In this document: piece after piece, positions 1 through 13,094 of the stretch
Position numbering within the stretch: position 1 is the stretch's first letter
Layout: each line of letters opens with the position of its first letter
Source: Nemertoderma westbladi
Lineage: Eukaryota > Animalia > Xenacoelomorpha
Length of the DNA: 36,574 nt
Reading direction: 5' to 3'
NCBI GenBank assembly: GCA_032718475.1
Contig: JAUCBJ010008595.1
Location: forward strand, 1 to 36,574
Notes under the pieces: generated by a model
What the model was told of the DNA's origin: nothing
The model's input: only the letters and a program-made list of their open reading frames with translations
Databases searched by the model: none
Position numbers and translations under genes: made by a program

Positions 1-120
1 ATTTAATTTCGTACACCAAATATACAGATGGGTACACAAAGCACAATAGGTTAATAATACAAGCACTATTATAAAATAATATGATATGTCTAAGTACTGC
101 AGATCTAAGAAGGTAATTAA

Positions 121-3100
121 TTATGATGAGGATACACTATTTAAAATATTACTCAATTCCTGGCGGGTAAAGCCATCTACAATACCTCCGTTGTTTAGGC
201 ACCAAATAATTTCCCTACAAAAATTAACTCGCCACTTATCTGCGTTCAGTAACGGTACATAAGTAAGATTAGATACCGCACGAGATGTCAGCAATTCAAG
301 ATTAAATATGTTACACATGTTTCCTATTTCTCGTAAATTTCTCCCAGACCGGGTACGACAATCAACTAAACATATATTAGCAAGAAAACGAATGCACATT
401 TTGTTAGACCTACGTAATGATAAACAAAATGAAACGAAGCGAGAGTAAAGCATAATACACGGGTGTTTAAACTGCACTAGGTTTTCAACAATATATCGAT
501 GAGAATTAAATGGTAATCCAAAAATCATTCTAACATTTACATTCCAGGTGCTAAAAATTCTTATACATGTTGGCGAAAGAAGGTTCCACAGGTTACTACC
601 GTAGAAACTAGTGCAATAACTACGTTGTACATTGCAAAGCACAAACGGGTCCGAAAAATATAGTTCCTGCCTTAAGGCATTCAATTTGCCTATAAACTGC
701 CCTCGTTTACGCACGATATCAGATTCCATTGAGTTTTTAAAGTCAAGAAGGTTACCGAGATGCAGCGCCTCCTTAACCCATGGAAGAGGCGAACCGTTCA
801 ACTTAATTGTCGCTAAAGGCTTAACCCAGACCCGCCCGAAAGCTATACACTTTGACTTGGACTTGTCCGGATTCGGATTCGTGCTGAATATTAACTTGTT
901 TTCCGATGCAAACTCTTCGCACAATTTAACCATATGCTGAAGGCCTACGATGGACGGACATAGCAAAAATAGGTCATCGGCATAACCAACCGCCCCAAAA
1001 TATACAGACCCCACGAAGCAACCTACTTTGGAATTTCTTAATTTCCTAAACAGCTTATCAAGTAAGATACAGAATAAGATTGGCGAGGCAACAGACCCTT
1101 GGCGTACCCCATTGGACGATGTAAAAGACTCAGAATGCGTATTATTCCATCGCACTACACAAGATTGATTATTGTAGATAAATAACAGAGACCGGATGTA
1201 AAACGGAGAAAACCCCTTCTTTAAGAGCTCAAGGAACAGCTTGCACCATTCCACCATATCAAATGCTTTAGAAAGATCAAGCAAACAGCCAAACACTGGA
1301 GTTGCATTTCTGGAATAGAAACTAATTACCTCAGTTGCAGCCCAAGTACACTGAGTGGTACTAGATCCCCGTTGAAACCCAAACTGTAACTCATCTAATT
1401 TTAAACAATCAGCCTGTGCGAGTAGCATCACCCATTCAAACAATTTAATCAGGAGAGACGACAAAGCGATGGCCCTATAATTTCCGGATACTGTATCATC
1501 GCCCAACTTATCCTTGATCAATGGAATGATAACACAATTCAAAAGAAATTGCGGAACGAATCCGTGAGTCAAAAAGGAATTAAATAGATTACTGAGATGA
1601 AAACAAAGTTCAGGAGGACCATGGATTAGACAGTCAGAATCAAAGCCAAAAGTCACATCTGTTTTAGAACTTTTTAGTCTGTGGAGACCCTCAGCAACTA
1701 AATCCGGAGAAACCCGAGGAACATCGTCCAGAGTACAATTTACCAACTTGGCATCAATTAGTGCCTTCAATGCTTCTAAATCTGAATTGTATGGCTGATT
1801 ATACAAAGATGAATAGATTCCCGCAAATCGATCGGCGATAGACTGCGGGTCTGTACAACCATCGATCGATGAACTAACATTATTCGATGAGAAACGGAGA
1901 TTCCTTATTTCCTTAAAGATGTCAGTATTATTCAACAAGCAGGCCTCAATTAATTTATCCCTTCGCACATTATCAGCTGAGCGTTTCACCCGGCGAACAG
2001 CATATTTATACTGAGCGCGAGAGACCCTTCGCATATGATATAAGTGGCTATTTTGTGATACATTTGGGCAACCCGCCGAGACCCACAAGGAATGCCAAAA
2101 CATAGCATCATCTCTGAACGGTTTCACCCGTTCAGACCACCCGGGGATAATAGGATGATTAAAGGGGGATCCCCTACTTCCATTACTACGATGTAAAATA
2201 TTACTGCTACACTGGTCAATAGCTTCCAATATATCTAAGGCATATTTCTCAGTAGATAACAAATGTTCTGGAACATTACAAAAAATATTATTACACTGAG
2301 TACACATAGGCAGCGGTTCTGCTAATGAATTCAATCTGATAGTTAATTGGTTAATAAATTCACGTTGCTGATCATTAGTGGAACGTTTAAATTTTACATT
2401 ACCTTCACCTATATTACTACCATTATCATTATCATTGCTATCGCATTGCACATTTGAAACATTTACTTTAAACTTAAGAAAAATTGGGGAATGAAATGAC
2501 AAATTGACACCAGTATGAATAACACCTGAATCAAAAATATTTTCACAAAATTGTGAATTACTGAAAAAATGATCCAACGTTGAATGAAATGCTGAATTCT
2601 CTCTAAAACATGTATATGTATAGTCAACTGGGTAAGAATCCCAAAGGCGATCGAATTGAAATTCTTGTATCATTTGATTAATTAAACTACAGTGCATCGT
2701 AGTGCGGCAGAAGTCAGCATTAAAATCCCCTGTGAGCAGAATATTGCACTGATTAACTGATAAAATAATATCTTTAATATCGTTTATTGTCGTAAGTAAA
2801 TCGTCGCTGATATTATTATCACGCGAGTCAACCGGAAAATAAGAATTGATAATAACCAATGGTTTATCATTTGGTAAATGTAAACGTATTGCTTGTGAAC
2901 GCGTATTCTTCACATTTATTCTAGAAATGTATTGAGATAATTTATTTCGAAAAATATAACATAATCCACCTGATGGCCTGCCTGCACGGATTTCATTCAC
3001 GGGATAAGTTGCAGGCTGTATTATGCACTGATAGTCGCTAAAAGCTGATTTTATTATATAACTATTCTCTCTTAGCACAAAGTGTTCTTGCAAACACACT

Positions 3101-3203
3101 ATGTCACTCCCTAATAATAACATATTTATAAATTCCCGTTTATCCGGCGACAAACCAGTGCTATTGTAGGATGAATAACAACAGTAGGATTTGAGGTAGC
3201 CAT
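121..3203 (-). CDS. LINE ORF2: AP endonuclease + reverse transcriptase, ~1025 aa; probable 1-nt frameshift just after the ATG at 3203
   Basis: APE motifs SYNSTG, CLQEH, GDFNAD, LDHF, SFHSP; RT motifs NYRAIAL, QFGF, LDLSKAFD, GVRQG, YADD. The open frame is closed upstream by TAA at 3205-3207; the nearest ATG (3203, MATSNPTVV) is one base out of frame. Confidence 0.93.
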
Positions 3204-3292
3204 TTTAGTATAATATTGAGTTTAGAATATATACACGCTAATGCTAAAATTAAAATAACAAAACGATTATGAAATGACATCACGACCCCTGA

Positions 3293-4537
3293 TCATGTAT
3301 TATTATCAATGCGCCCCTGCGAGTTATTACTATAATAACGCCAAGGTCGAACACAAATCCCCGCTCCCCATGTTTCAGGGGAGAGTGCCTTCTGATGAGC
3401 AGACTCCGGAACTGATATCTTATAACTATTCAATCTGGTATCGCTATGGGACTTTATTTCAATGTCTGAGACCTGGATTGTGATACCTGATTCAGCGAGA
3501 TCGGAAACTAGATCAGCGGTAGTTACCGACTTGTGAACTCGGAAGACGAAGATGTTAGCCGGAGCAGCGTTTGTTTTACGAGCAGAAACCCCAGACGCCC
3601 CGGTTCCTGCACTACCACTGGTACCGACGATATGTCATCGCCGTTGTTTACGCTGGAGCTGGAATGGCCCCCCCTCATCCACCGGAATCTCCGGCACATC
3701 AGGATGGCTGGCAGGCAGACCACCGCCCCCATCATCGCCGGAGGTGGATGCCGGTCTCAGTCACTTAGCACTGCCTGCCTGTGACGTGACAGATAACGCG
3801 TGATACGGATTGGAACGCAAGGTTGCCGATGGTGTAGCTGGTCTTCGAAGTTCTGGTGCAGGTGAATACGACCGATGAGCTACCGTCTTTGGTCGAACAC
3901 TCTGAGCGCCTGGCGATTCACGATAAACAGGACTCCCGGAGCGAGTATGTACTCCCTTTACAGATAGCGCCTCTCGATACGAGAGACCTAGTCGTGATAG
4001 ACGTGGTCCACCTTCTGTAGCTTTACTGTTACCGGAACCCAGGGAGCACAGACTGTGCACCATCGATTCGAGGGAACTAAATCTCTTACTGAAATCTTCT
4101 CCCAATGTTCGCAAACCCTTGTCGAACTTGTCCTCCATTAAACCTAACTTAACACAGGCTTCTGTGTCTCTCAGAGAACTACTGGTAGGAGATTCAATTG
4201 GTAAACTTCCGCTAGAATCCATTAAACGCATCTTCTCGTGGATGTCTATAATGTTCGCCTTAGCTGCAGTACGTGTAGCTGAGTCACGTCTTTCAATTGG
4301 ATCAAACCCACATAATTTAAACAGTTTATCCTTAGCGCAAACAACTTCGCCTGGAGTAAATCGCATGAGGCAAGATTCTTGCACGGTCCCGGACAGATTC
4401 GACGACAAACCCTGCATCAGCAAGGACAAACAGCAGTCTACAATGGTAACATTGCTTCTATCAATCGTTGTAGTTGTGCCCGTTGGACCTTCATCCATTG
4501 ACGTTGGCTGCGGAAGCTGTAAATCCGCCGCCGCCAT
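3293..4537 (-). pseudogene. LINE A ORF1 (414 codons) with two in-frame TGA stops
   Basis: Reading from ATG 4537 through TGA at 3761-3763 and 3635-3637 gives the C-terminal ANIFVFRVHK...SYKISV...LSPETWGAGICVRPW, matching LINE B ORF1 LRIFVSRFTP...SWPQGILVKRHW (RRM-like). Confidence 0.85.
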
Positions 4538-5138
4538 AATACAGTAATAAATACCCCGTAATAGTATTACTACGGGACTGTCTGTCAGATAGTATGCAGT
4601 ATAAAATGTACCGGTATAGCAGTACAAAGTTGCAGCTCAGTCAGTGTATGTGTTATGCAATCATTGGATTGTTATGGTGGTCGAACTCAGGATAGATTAA
4701 GTTCAGGTAGATCATCTCGCAGCTCCAAATGGGATGAATATGGAAACAAGCCACAACCTCAACTGAAGGAGATAAAGATATTGCGCCATTACTTTGAGGA
4801 TGACAATCATACATTGCACAAGGGTCATGTGCATATGGAAATATGCAGCATTTAACTTTGGTTGGTTCCCATATAATCCTAAACTTACCATATTGTTATT
4901 ATATATATTTTTTAAATATATCTTCACCTACTGGCTACTGTCAAACTGTACTGTACATAGTGTACAACACTATGTGCTGGAATATAGTGCCGTTATTTTC
5001 AGGATTAAATGACTTAGACTCTACCATAAAGGATAAGATAAGTGCACTATTACGTTCCCTTGATTATGGTATGATACCAGTATTAACAATATCCTTCTCG
5101 TTAATGTATATTCATGGAATAATAATAATAATTTATAG

Positions 5139-5976
5139 ACTTTGACCGTCAAAAAAGGAAATGAGTGGATTCGCGGGCTAACCCACATGAAAAGGTTGAA
5201 GAAAACCCTGCAGTATCACGTCTTCACATCAATTACGAGGATGACGATGGTATAGATATAAGTGGAATTAGAAACGAGTTTTTGGATAAATTTTCCTCAG
5301 ATTTGGTGGCCAAATATTTAGATGAGAATGATTCTGGAAATATTCCCAAGCGCTGTCTAAATCCACAAATGGATATCACTGCAATGGTGATAGCATATTC
5401 CATGATTCAAGGGGGTCCTCCTATTCTAATCACAAAGTACTATCTAGCGATGGTTTCTGGAAATGCGGATGTTTTCATACTAGCGCCTACTCAGGAAACG
5501 CATGCTTATTAAAGAATTATTAAAGGTTAAATCTTCCAGTAATACTGAAGAACAGGAAATGTTTATTACTGAGATATATAGTGATACCACCATATCTTTG
5601 GCCGAAAGTGGGTGGGATGCTAGTATACCCATTACTGTTGACTCTGTTGATGAAGTAATAGCAGCTATTCTTCTGGGCGAAGTCGTATATAAAAATAAAT
5701 CACACACAATGGCCTTCACAGATGCACTTGCCTGTGGCCAATTACTGGATGTCATTAAGAACCACAAAGACTAAATGTTCCCTCTCTTTGATAGAAAACC
5801 TCTCGACTGCGATACTCTCATCAATCTCTTCTCGTATCCACCAGTTCATGAACCCCATGAAGTTTGCGCAGAATCGTATGTTAAAGAATATGTCAATCAG
5901 TCCAGGACGAGATTTTTGGGAATGGGGCCTGATTGGTAGTTTAACACTGTTGAGAATTTATACTTTTAGTTTATAA
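5139..5976 (+). pseudogene. Frameshifted HECT-domain (G2E3-like E3 ligase) remnant
   Basis: LHINYEDDDGIDISGIRNEFL resembles the HECT N-lobe motif L.V.F.GE.G.D.GG...EF; MVIAYSMIQGGPP resembles G2E3-like HECTs. Spread over overlapping ORFs 5165-5512 and 5502-5774; no catalytic C-lobe seen. Confidence 0.6.
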
Positions 5977-6191
5977 AATGTTCAACCGGTTCCAGGTAAA
6001 AACTGTTCAGAATTTATACTTTTAGTTTATATACTTTTAGTTTAGAAAATGTTCACCCGGTTCCAGTTTGAATCTGTATGGCATTTTTAAGTTTAGTTTA
6101 GCAAATATAAAATCATAATATTACAAAACATTTCATTTATCAATAACAATTTAATTTGTTAGACATTTCCTTTTGGCAAATTAAGGCAACA

Positions 6192-6423
6192 ATAAACAGC
6201 GCAAATAACTTTAACTTCATAATTTGAGAAATAAAGATTCTAAAAAACAGCTGACATTTCGATTTATTTAACAATAATCATTTTCAAAGCAAAAACAAAT
6301 AAATACCTGAAAATTAGTGAAAGACAGTACTAAATACAATAATAAGGCTGGTGAAGATTGCAATAACAATACAAAAAAAAACAATTTACCAAATAATGGG
6401 TGTGGCTAGTATGCACAAAAAGG
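6192..6423 (-). repeat. Penelope 3' pseudo-LTR
   Basis: Near-identical direct copy of 11274-11497. Confidence 0.88.
6250..6290 (-). ncRNA. Hammerhead copy in the 3' pLTR (GAAATGTC instead of GAAACGTC)
   Basis: Same motif as 11332-11372 with one C>T change in stem III. Confidence 0.6.
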
Positions 6424-6759
6424 TTGTAATTGAATATGGAAGGCGTGTACAGCAGTACAGTACTACAGAAACAACAGAGCGGATAGTACAAGACAGTCCA
6501 GTAAGAAAGTCAGGACCTACCGGTACACGAATAAGGCAGTACGAGGGGTAGGGGCGGGGGGGGGGGGGGGGGGGTTGGATATATCAGGGAACTACAGTAG
6601 GGGAAGGAAAGTCGAAGTGTTTGGTCATTTAAAGTGGGGCGAAGTTTCCTAATGAACAAAGTCTCTTTAATGAGAAGTTCGCGCAAGTTACGGGATGTTG
6701 ATAAGATGCTGAAATTTTCTTTTAACGTGGGATGATCGGCCCTGGAGGAGTGTTCAAAG

Positions 6760-9049
6760 CTCGGGTATTCTTAGAAATATCAGAGAAAGAGATAACTATT
6801 TGTATAAATTTAGGAAATACCGTGTTTTAGCTGATTATAATAATTACTGCAAATATAGAAACCTTGTCCAACGGGAAATAAAAAAAGCTAAATCTGAATA
6901 TTTGTACAACAAAATAAGTGAGAATAAGATAATCCTAAAAGTCTATGGTCTACTGTACCCTAAAATCTTTAGGTTATAAAAAACTTAAATCTAATTCGAA
7001 TATTGTTCTGCAAGATAACGGTGAGCTGATTCATGATTCATGATCATAGTTAGTAATTTATTTAATAATTATTTTACTAATGTTGCCTCTAATTTAGTTA
7101 AGAAGTTACCGTTATCAAGTAATAAATATAATATAGGGTCCGAAACTCTAAATAATTTTTATTTAGAAAAGTTTCAAAATTCAGAAAAGTTATTTTTAAA
7201 ACCCGTTTCTGAGGATTTCGTTTTTCAAAATCACTTAGCCTATCAGCCTCAAAAAGTACCGGTCTAGACCTAATACCTGCCCGTTTTCTTAAGGATGGTG
7301 CTGAAGTACTTAAAGTGCCTATTACTTTTATTATTAATTACTCTATCGTAGATAATGTAGTACCAGACGAACTGAAATTAGCTAAGGTTGTTCCTCTGTA
7401 TAAAAAGAATAGTAAAGTAGAACCCTGTAATTACAGACCTGTTAGTATCTTAAGTATTGTATCTAAAATTCTAGAACGTTCTGTTTTTCTACAGCTGGAA
7501 GCACATCTTAGTAGGCTAAATCTGATCTATGAACTTCAGTCCGGTTTTCGTAAATCATATTCTACAGACAACTGCCTTATTAACTTAACTGATACAATTA
7601 GATGTAATAACGCAAAGGGTTTATATACTGGTATGGTAATGTTGGACCTACAAAGGGCTTTCGATACTGTAGATCACGAAATTCTGCTTGGTACGTTAGG
7701 CCTGATGGGTGTAGGTTCTATAGACTGGTTCAAGTCCTACCTGTCAGACAGAGGTCAAACTGTAGTCATTAGCAAATCACAGTCTACTGTACAAGAGATT
7801 ACCTGTGGTGTACCACAAGATATTAGGTCCTCTGCTTTTTGTATGCTATGTAAATGATCCCGATTTTCAACTCATTTTATATGCCGACGACAGTGCTCTT
7901 ATTTTCTGTCATAAAGATCCTATCCATATTTCCCAAAAGTTAAGTGCAGTTCTAGAATCCTGTATTGAGTGGTTGGTTGATAATAAGCTATCCATTCACT
8001 ACGGTAAGACTGAAAGTATTTTATTTGGTTCCAAAAGAAAGTTAAAGAAGGTAACTAAGTTTGAAGTCACTAGTAATGGACATAAGATTGAAAATAAAAA
8101 GGAAGTTAAATATTTAGGCGCCACATTGGATAACTGCTTATCAGGAGTTAACAGTAGGCTTGGGTTTCTATACAGAAATAAAATTAGTTTAAACACCGAC
8201 TCCCGCAAGTTACTTTGCTCTTCTTTAATACAGTGTCACATGGACTATGCATGCTCTTCTTGGTATGAAGGCTTAACCAAACAGCTTAAATGTAAATTAC
8301 AAGTAGCTCAGAATAAAGTAGTACGATTTATTAAAGACTACAAACCTAGGCACCACCTAACTCCAGATGACTTTTCTGAATCGAGACTACTTAACTTAGA
8401 TAGTAGAGTTAAGCAGCTACGACTTAACCATGTGCATAAAGTGTATAATGGTAAATGTCCCAATTACCTAAAACATAAAATTCAACAGAGTACGCGATAC
8501 ACACTCTTACAGTACCAGAGCTAGTGCTTCAAACTTCTACCTCCCGAATTGTAAATCCTTCGAATCTGATGCTTTCTTTTTTAACGGCATTAAAAATTCG
8601 AACGCTCTGCCTAATGAAATAAAAACCTAAATAATCAACATTCTTTTAATTCTGCAGTTAAATCTCACCTCCGAGTGCAATGTAAAAATAGGTACAATAG
8701 TCCTACAGTAAGTTATTAGTTTATTAATTATTTACTATTTATACTGTAATTACATTTTATAATAAATTGTTCTGCACATTACATCTTTATCGTTGAGGCG
8801 GGCATTGTCACGCTCTCTGTAAAGTTGTACATGTACATAGTGTAATTACGTTTTATATTGGTTTTAGGTTAGCGTAGTGTAATATTGTATTTGTAACCAA
8901 GTAACATAAAGGACCCCCTTGGAAATAAGCTGCAAAGCTTTAGGGGTAATCCTATATGTTATGTTGGACAATACCTTTATACCGGTACATTGTTTGGTGT
9001 ATTTGTTATTGTTTTTACATCATGTATAAATAAATCTATCTATCTATCT
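6760..9049 (+). mobile_element. 5'-truncated, frameshifted Crack/L2-group LINE (RT portion + 3'UTR)
   Basis: [30 protein letters not shown] and YADD across ORFs 7040-8524. 3' stem-loop GGACCCC..GGAAATAAGC..GCTT.AGGGG..ATCC (8911-8952); AATAAA(TCTA)n tail ending at 9049; AAAG at both junctions. Confidence 0.9.
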
Positions 9050-11273
9050 AAAGATAGAATAATTTTTTGGACGGGAGAATTTTCCAGAGTTGTACAAAAA
9101 GCCAGTGTGTTCCTCAACACATTTAGCCAGGTGGCGTACAGTGCGTCCAACGTAAGAAGCATCGCAGCTTCCACAATTATAATGGTTCACAACACCTGAC
9201 CGTATGTGTTCAGGAATCTGATCCTTGCATGGGAATAGGGAGGATAGCCTACAGCTGGTTTGGAAGACAACTTTTAAATATAAGTGAGAAAGACTCTGTC
9301 GGAAAAGGCATAACAGACGTTTCTTTACAAGCACGCCGTGGTGGCCGGTAAAAGGAAGGCAGGTCAAAACACTCCGTTTAGGTACTGTAGTTATAGGGGG
9401 GTGATCGTGGTTCACTAATACAATTGAAGAACTTTTTAATGGCAGAGTTAATGAAAGCCAGTGGGTAACCATTACAACAAAGGGTATGAGTGAGTTCTAT
9501 TAACAAAGAGTGACACATGTTGTAACTAGATCCAATCCAAACTTAAACTGTATAGGGATAAAGCTGTTAAAATTAGATTAGAGACCAGTGTAGGTCGGTT
9601 TTTTATAAGTGCTAGTCTGAAACTTTGTAATAAAATTTTGTTTAACCAAAATATCTAGAAATGGCAGGCACGAGTTTACAGACTGTTCACAGGTGAACTT
9701 GATATTAGAATGTTGAGAATTTAAATAAGACAAGAAATCAATCGACTGAGAGATATTGTTAAACACCAAAAGGTTTCATGTTGTGCAAGGAAAGCATCGG
9801 CTAATACGGTGCCAAGGGGGCTGCCCATTGCTACACTATCTAGTTGTAAGTACATTTAACCATTGAAAATAAATGTACAATCTTTAACAGCTAGCGACAA
9901 TAAGGTTTTAAACTCAGCACGATTGAGACCGGAAATTCTAGGCTCCACACTATTGAGAGGTGTGAAAGAAGATGGATTGGGTTCCGGTATAATAAATAAA
10001 TTGTTTAACACATAATCAATAGTTTTTACTAGAGGAATGTTAGTAAACAAGGAGACTACGTCAAAACTACATAAGTGTACCGCCATTTCAGGACAAAAGT
10101 TTTGAATCTCCTCCATAAAGGTGAAAGAGTCTTTAATGGAGAACTGATTGTTACATATAGGTTGGATTAGCGGTACGAGGAATTTAGCGAGATTATATGA
10201 CGGACTATTGGTTGCGAAGTGGAACACCATCTTTATGGGCTTTAGCCAGTCCATAAAGAACACCCGGATGACTACCAATTGGTCTAATCCGGTGGTAAGT
10301 CTGGTTGTCAATAAGTTTGCTATTCTTCAACATACGTAAGTACCGAGTGATACGTCCTTCTCGACGTAACAATCGTTTGAGCTAATCACCATCTAAATGG
10401 CGAAACTTAGAGGTGTCATTAAGGATCCCCTCCAGTTTCTGATTGTAATCTACCCTATTCATTATTACTACACCATTCCCCTTGTCCATTTTGGCTATGA
10501 CGATAGATTTGTCATGTCAAAGAGTTTTTAAAGCGACCCATTCCTCTCGAGAAAAAAGGTTGGACTTACCAGGCGTGTAGCTATGAGCTGCTGACAAAGC
10601 TATATCTTTGAGTCTGGCCTTAAATCTCTCTTTGGCGATGGAACAATGCTCAAAGGCGATGTCTCTGTACAACCACTCGAAGGGTGGTAAATAGTCTTCC
10701 GGTTTAATCTTCCGAGCTGCTATAGGGCAATTCAACCCTTTAGAGAGGGCAGAAATCTCAATATCATTGAGCTGGCGGGAGGACAGATTGTGCAAAATCT
10801 TCTTGGAATCGAGGGAAGGAGGAAGTTGTGTTTTGACCAAATTTGCGAGCTTCTTAATGTGAACATCTCTCCAACTTTCATCCGAGCGTTTAATACGTTT
10901 AAACACTACGCGTTCCAGGTGGGGCCAATCGAGGAAAGAAGTATTATCCTTTAGGGAAGTTAGGGGTCCGATTTGGTTCCATAAGGAAATTATGTTCCTC
11001 CGCTTAGAACGGATCTCAGAAGAAAGGAAACGTACCTGCGCTGCGCGATAATCGCGGTACGGGATAGATGATGAGGCTAGTTTGAAACTCAGGAAACGCG
11101 GAATAACGTCACGCCTTCTACATTCTTCAAGAATCTCCAAGTCAAGTGTTGATTTTTGCAGTTTGGATTGTAGATGCTCAAATTGCCTATATGAGGCAAA
11201 CGTGGAATCCCCATAATGCCGTTTAACGGTAAATGATAGAGTTTAAGTTGCTGGGAATCTGAAGCTTATTATT

Positions 11274-11497
11274 ATAAACAGCGCAAATAACTTCAACTTC
11301 ATGATTTGAGAAATAAAGATTCTAAAAAACAGCTGACGTTTCGATTTATTTAACAATAATCATTTTCAAAGCAAAAACAAATAAATACCGTACAGTACTA
11401 AATACAAAATACAATAATAAGGCTGGTGAAGATTGCAATAACAATACAAAAAAAACAATTTACCAAATAATGGGTGTGGCTAGTGTGCACAAAAAGG
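11274..11497 (-). repeat. Penelope 5' pseudo-LTR (contains the ORF start)
   Basis: Near-identical direct copy of 6192-6423; includes the ATG at 11302. Confidence 0.88.
11332..11372 (-). ncRNA. Minimal type I hammerhead ribozyme variant (U3-A8 core) in the 5' pLTR
   Basis: Minus strand: GCT-TTGAAAAT-GATT(11 nt)AATC-GAAA-CG-TC-AGC. Stem I GCT/AGC, stem II GATT/AATC, palindromic ACGT stem III, GUC cleavage triplet. Confidence 0.7.
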
Positions 11498-11669
11498 GTT
11501 TTTGGCAACTTTTAGCCCACTTTTGGCAAAGTTTTGAATCTGAATACCACAATCACAACATTCAATGGTGGGATCAGGTATATATATATATAATGCTACA
11601 GGCGTCAACCTGCCAATCACCACATCCTCTGAGGATGAGTCACGGCGGTTCTACCACGCACAACTACCC

Positions 11670-11975
11670 GTTAGTGGTTAGTAGTAGACCTAGTTGTGGG
11701 GTGAGGGGGGGGGGGTGTTTAATGGTTAGTAGTAGAAGTATACGTAGATGTAGTGATAGATGGGGGGGGGCGAGGGGGGGGGTTGTTTAACGCGGTTAGT
11801 ACTGTAGTAGTAGACCTAGTGCGATAGAGGATGGGGTGGGGGTATTTAATGATTAGTAGTAGACATAGTGATAGAGGGTGAGGGGTGGGGGTCATTAACA
11901 GTTAGTAGTATAGGAGGGGGGGGGGTGTTTGTTTAACAGTTAGTAGTAGAGTAGTGATAGGGAGTGGGGGTGTTT
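11670..11975. repeat. Degenerate G-rich tandem repeat (GTTAGTAGTAGA...GGGG units)
   Basis: About six recurrences of GTTAGTAGTAG followed by G-runs. Confidence 0.7.
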
Positions 11976-13038
11976 GTTAATACGATGCATGTTTTCTCTG
12001 ATCGTAATGGTTGTTATCAGGTTAAATGTGTAACCTCTATCTCATATATTGCTCTCGTCATTATTGGTTTATTTTGTATAAGTCAGTGGGATAGTTGGTC
12101 TGTTGACAGTATTTGGGGTTGACAGTATTTGATATTGATGACTTATATTCTGAAGGACTAATAATGCTGCCCGCAGTGTAGGGAATGGAGGGGAGGCTAA
12201 TCCTAAGGTCGGTTATGAGTGTTTCATTAATGGTGTAGGAATGGGAGCATTGCCTGGTGGTTGGAAGGTCTGTAATTCGAGAGTCACTGGTGTTTGTTTA
12301 TTATAGTCCATTAGCTGGAGTCATAAATCAACAGTTGACATGTTTATTCGTTTTAAAAAATTTCCCATAGATGTTGTTGGTTTGTTCTTGGTGAATATTC
12401 AATATAACAGGGGTATAAATATATCTCCATAATTCTATATTATAACAGAGGTATAAAATCGCGCTTTATCAATAAGATGATAGCAAATGGGGTATCTTTG
12501 GGTTGTTGATATCATTATAAATGTAATGAAAAGGCAGTGGTGGTGTGACATTGATTTTTGATGTGGTATAGTGAGATGTATTGGTAATCTGTTAATTGGT
12601 AGGGGAATAGTGTTTAGATGGATTGTTTTGTTGTGTATTTAGGAGAGATATTGTCCGTTATCATTATAGGTATAGAACCTGTATTAAATAGTAATAGTAT
12701 TTATTACTAACTAATCCAATATCAGCCATATTAATTGCCAATTTGTTCGTTAGTTTATATCATGCTAGTTGAGTTACAATCCCAGTATTTGTCAGATTTG
12801 TACAGTACCAATTATACCTTAATTTTTAACATGCATGAGTATGTAAGAGTATGTATTATACATTTATTATGGGAAGGGATCTAGTCTAATCTAGCCTTAG
12901 ATCTAGTCTAAATGTATAATAACAAACACCTCGAAAAATACAGCTTGCCAACACATTCTTACTATCAATAATCAAAAATCAGGGGCTAATAAAATGGCAG
13001 CTGTCTTTGAAATTAATTATCCATATCTCAAGAACCTG

Positions 13039-13091
13039 TGGCCTAGTGGTTGTAGTCTCGGCTTCCGCCTCGAGGTCCCAGGTTCGAATCC
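13039..13091 (+). promoter_or_regulatory. tRNA-derived internal RNA Pol III promoter (A and B boxes)
   Basis: A box TGGCCTAGTGG at 13039-13049; B box GGTTCGAATCC at 13081-13091; anticodon-arm-like CTCGG/TCGAG stem between them; no acceptor stem. Confidence 0.85.
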
Positions 13092-13094
13092 GAC

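Larger units (their letters stand above)
1..4630 (-). mobile_element. Near full-length non-LTR retrotransposon A (ORF1 + APE/RT ORF2), Proto2/RTE-group-like (clade tentative)
   Basis: ORF1 followed by ORF2 on the minus strand. The 3' end reads ...GAAATTAAAT at the window edge, like the GAATTAAAT(AAT)n end of LINE B. The 5' boundary is approximate. Confidence 0.9.
6192..11497 (-). mobile_element. Penelope-like element (RT + GIY-YIG), degenerate, bounded by ~230-bp direct pseudo-LTRs and interrupted by a LINE
   Basis: ORF fragments from ATG 11302 (MKLKLFALFIIISFRFP...VIPRFLSFKL), RT motif SFDVVSLFTNIP, YKKPTYTG, GIY-YIG GVVNHYNCGSCDASYVGRT. The GIY-YIG C-terminus EHSSRADH...ENFSIL...LLIKETLFIRKLRPTLN continues at ~6620-6755. 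Confidence 0.9.

Noticed and set aside
3392-3420. CTGATGAG as another hammerhead
   Set aside because: No stem II or GAAA follows; it is the antisense of LINE ORF1.
3635-3763. Selenocysteine readthrough of LINE ORF1 TGAs
   Set aside because: Basic, non-catalytic contexts and no SECIS seen; CGA>TGA mutation is simpler.
11628-11660. CTGAGGATGAGTC possible hammerhead half
   Set aside because: The GAAA half and stems are missing.
11990-12740. Strand-biased GT-rich stretch suggestive of decayed minus-strand coding sequence
   Set aside because: No sustained frame or recognisable motif.
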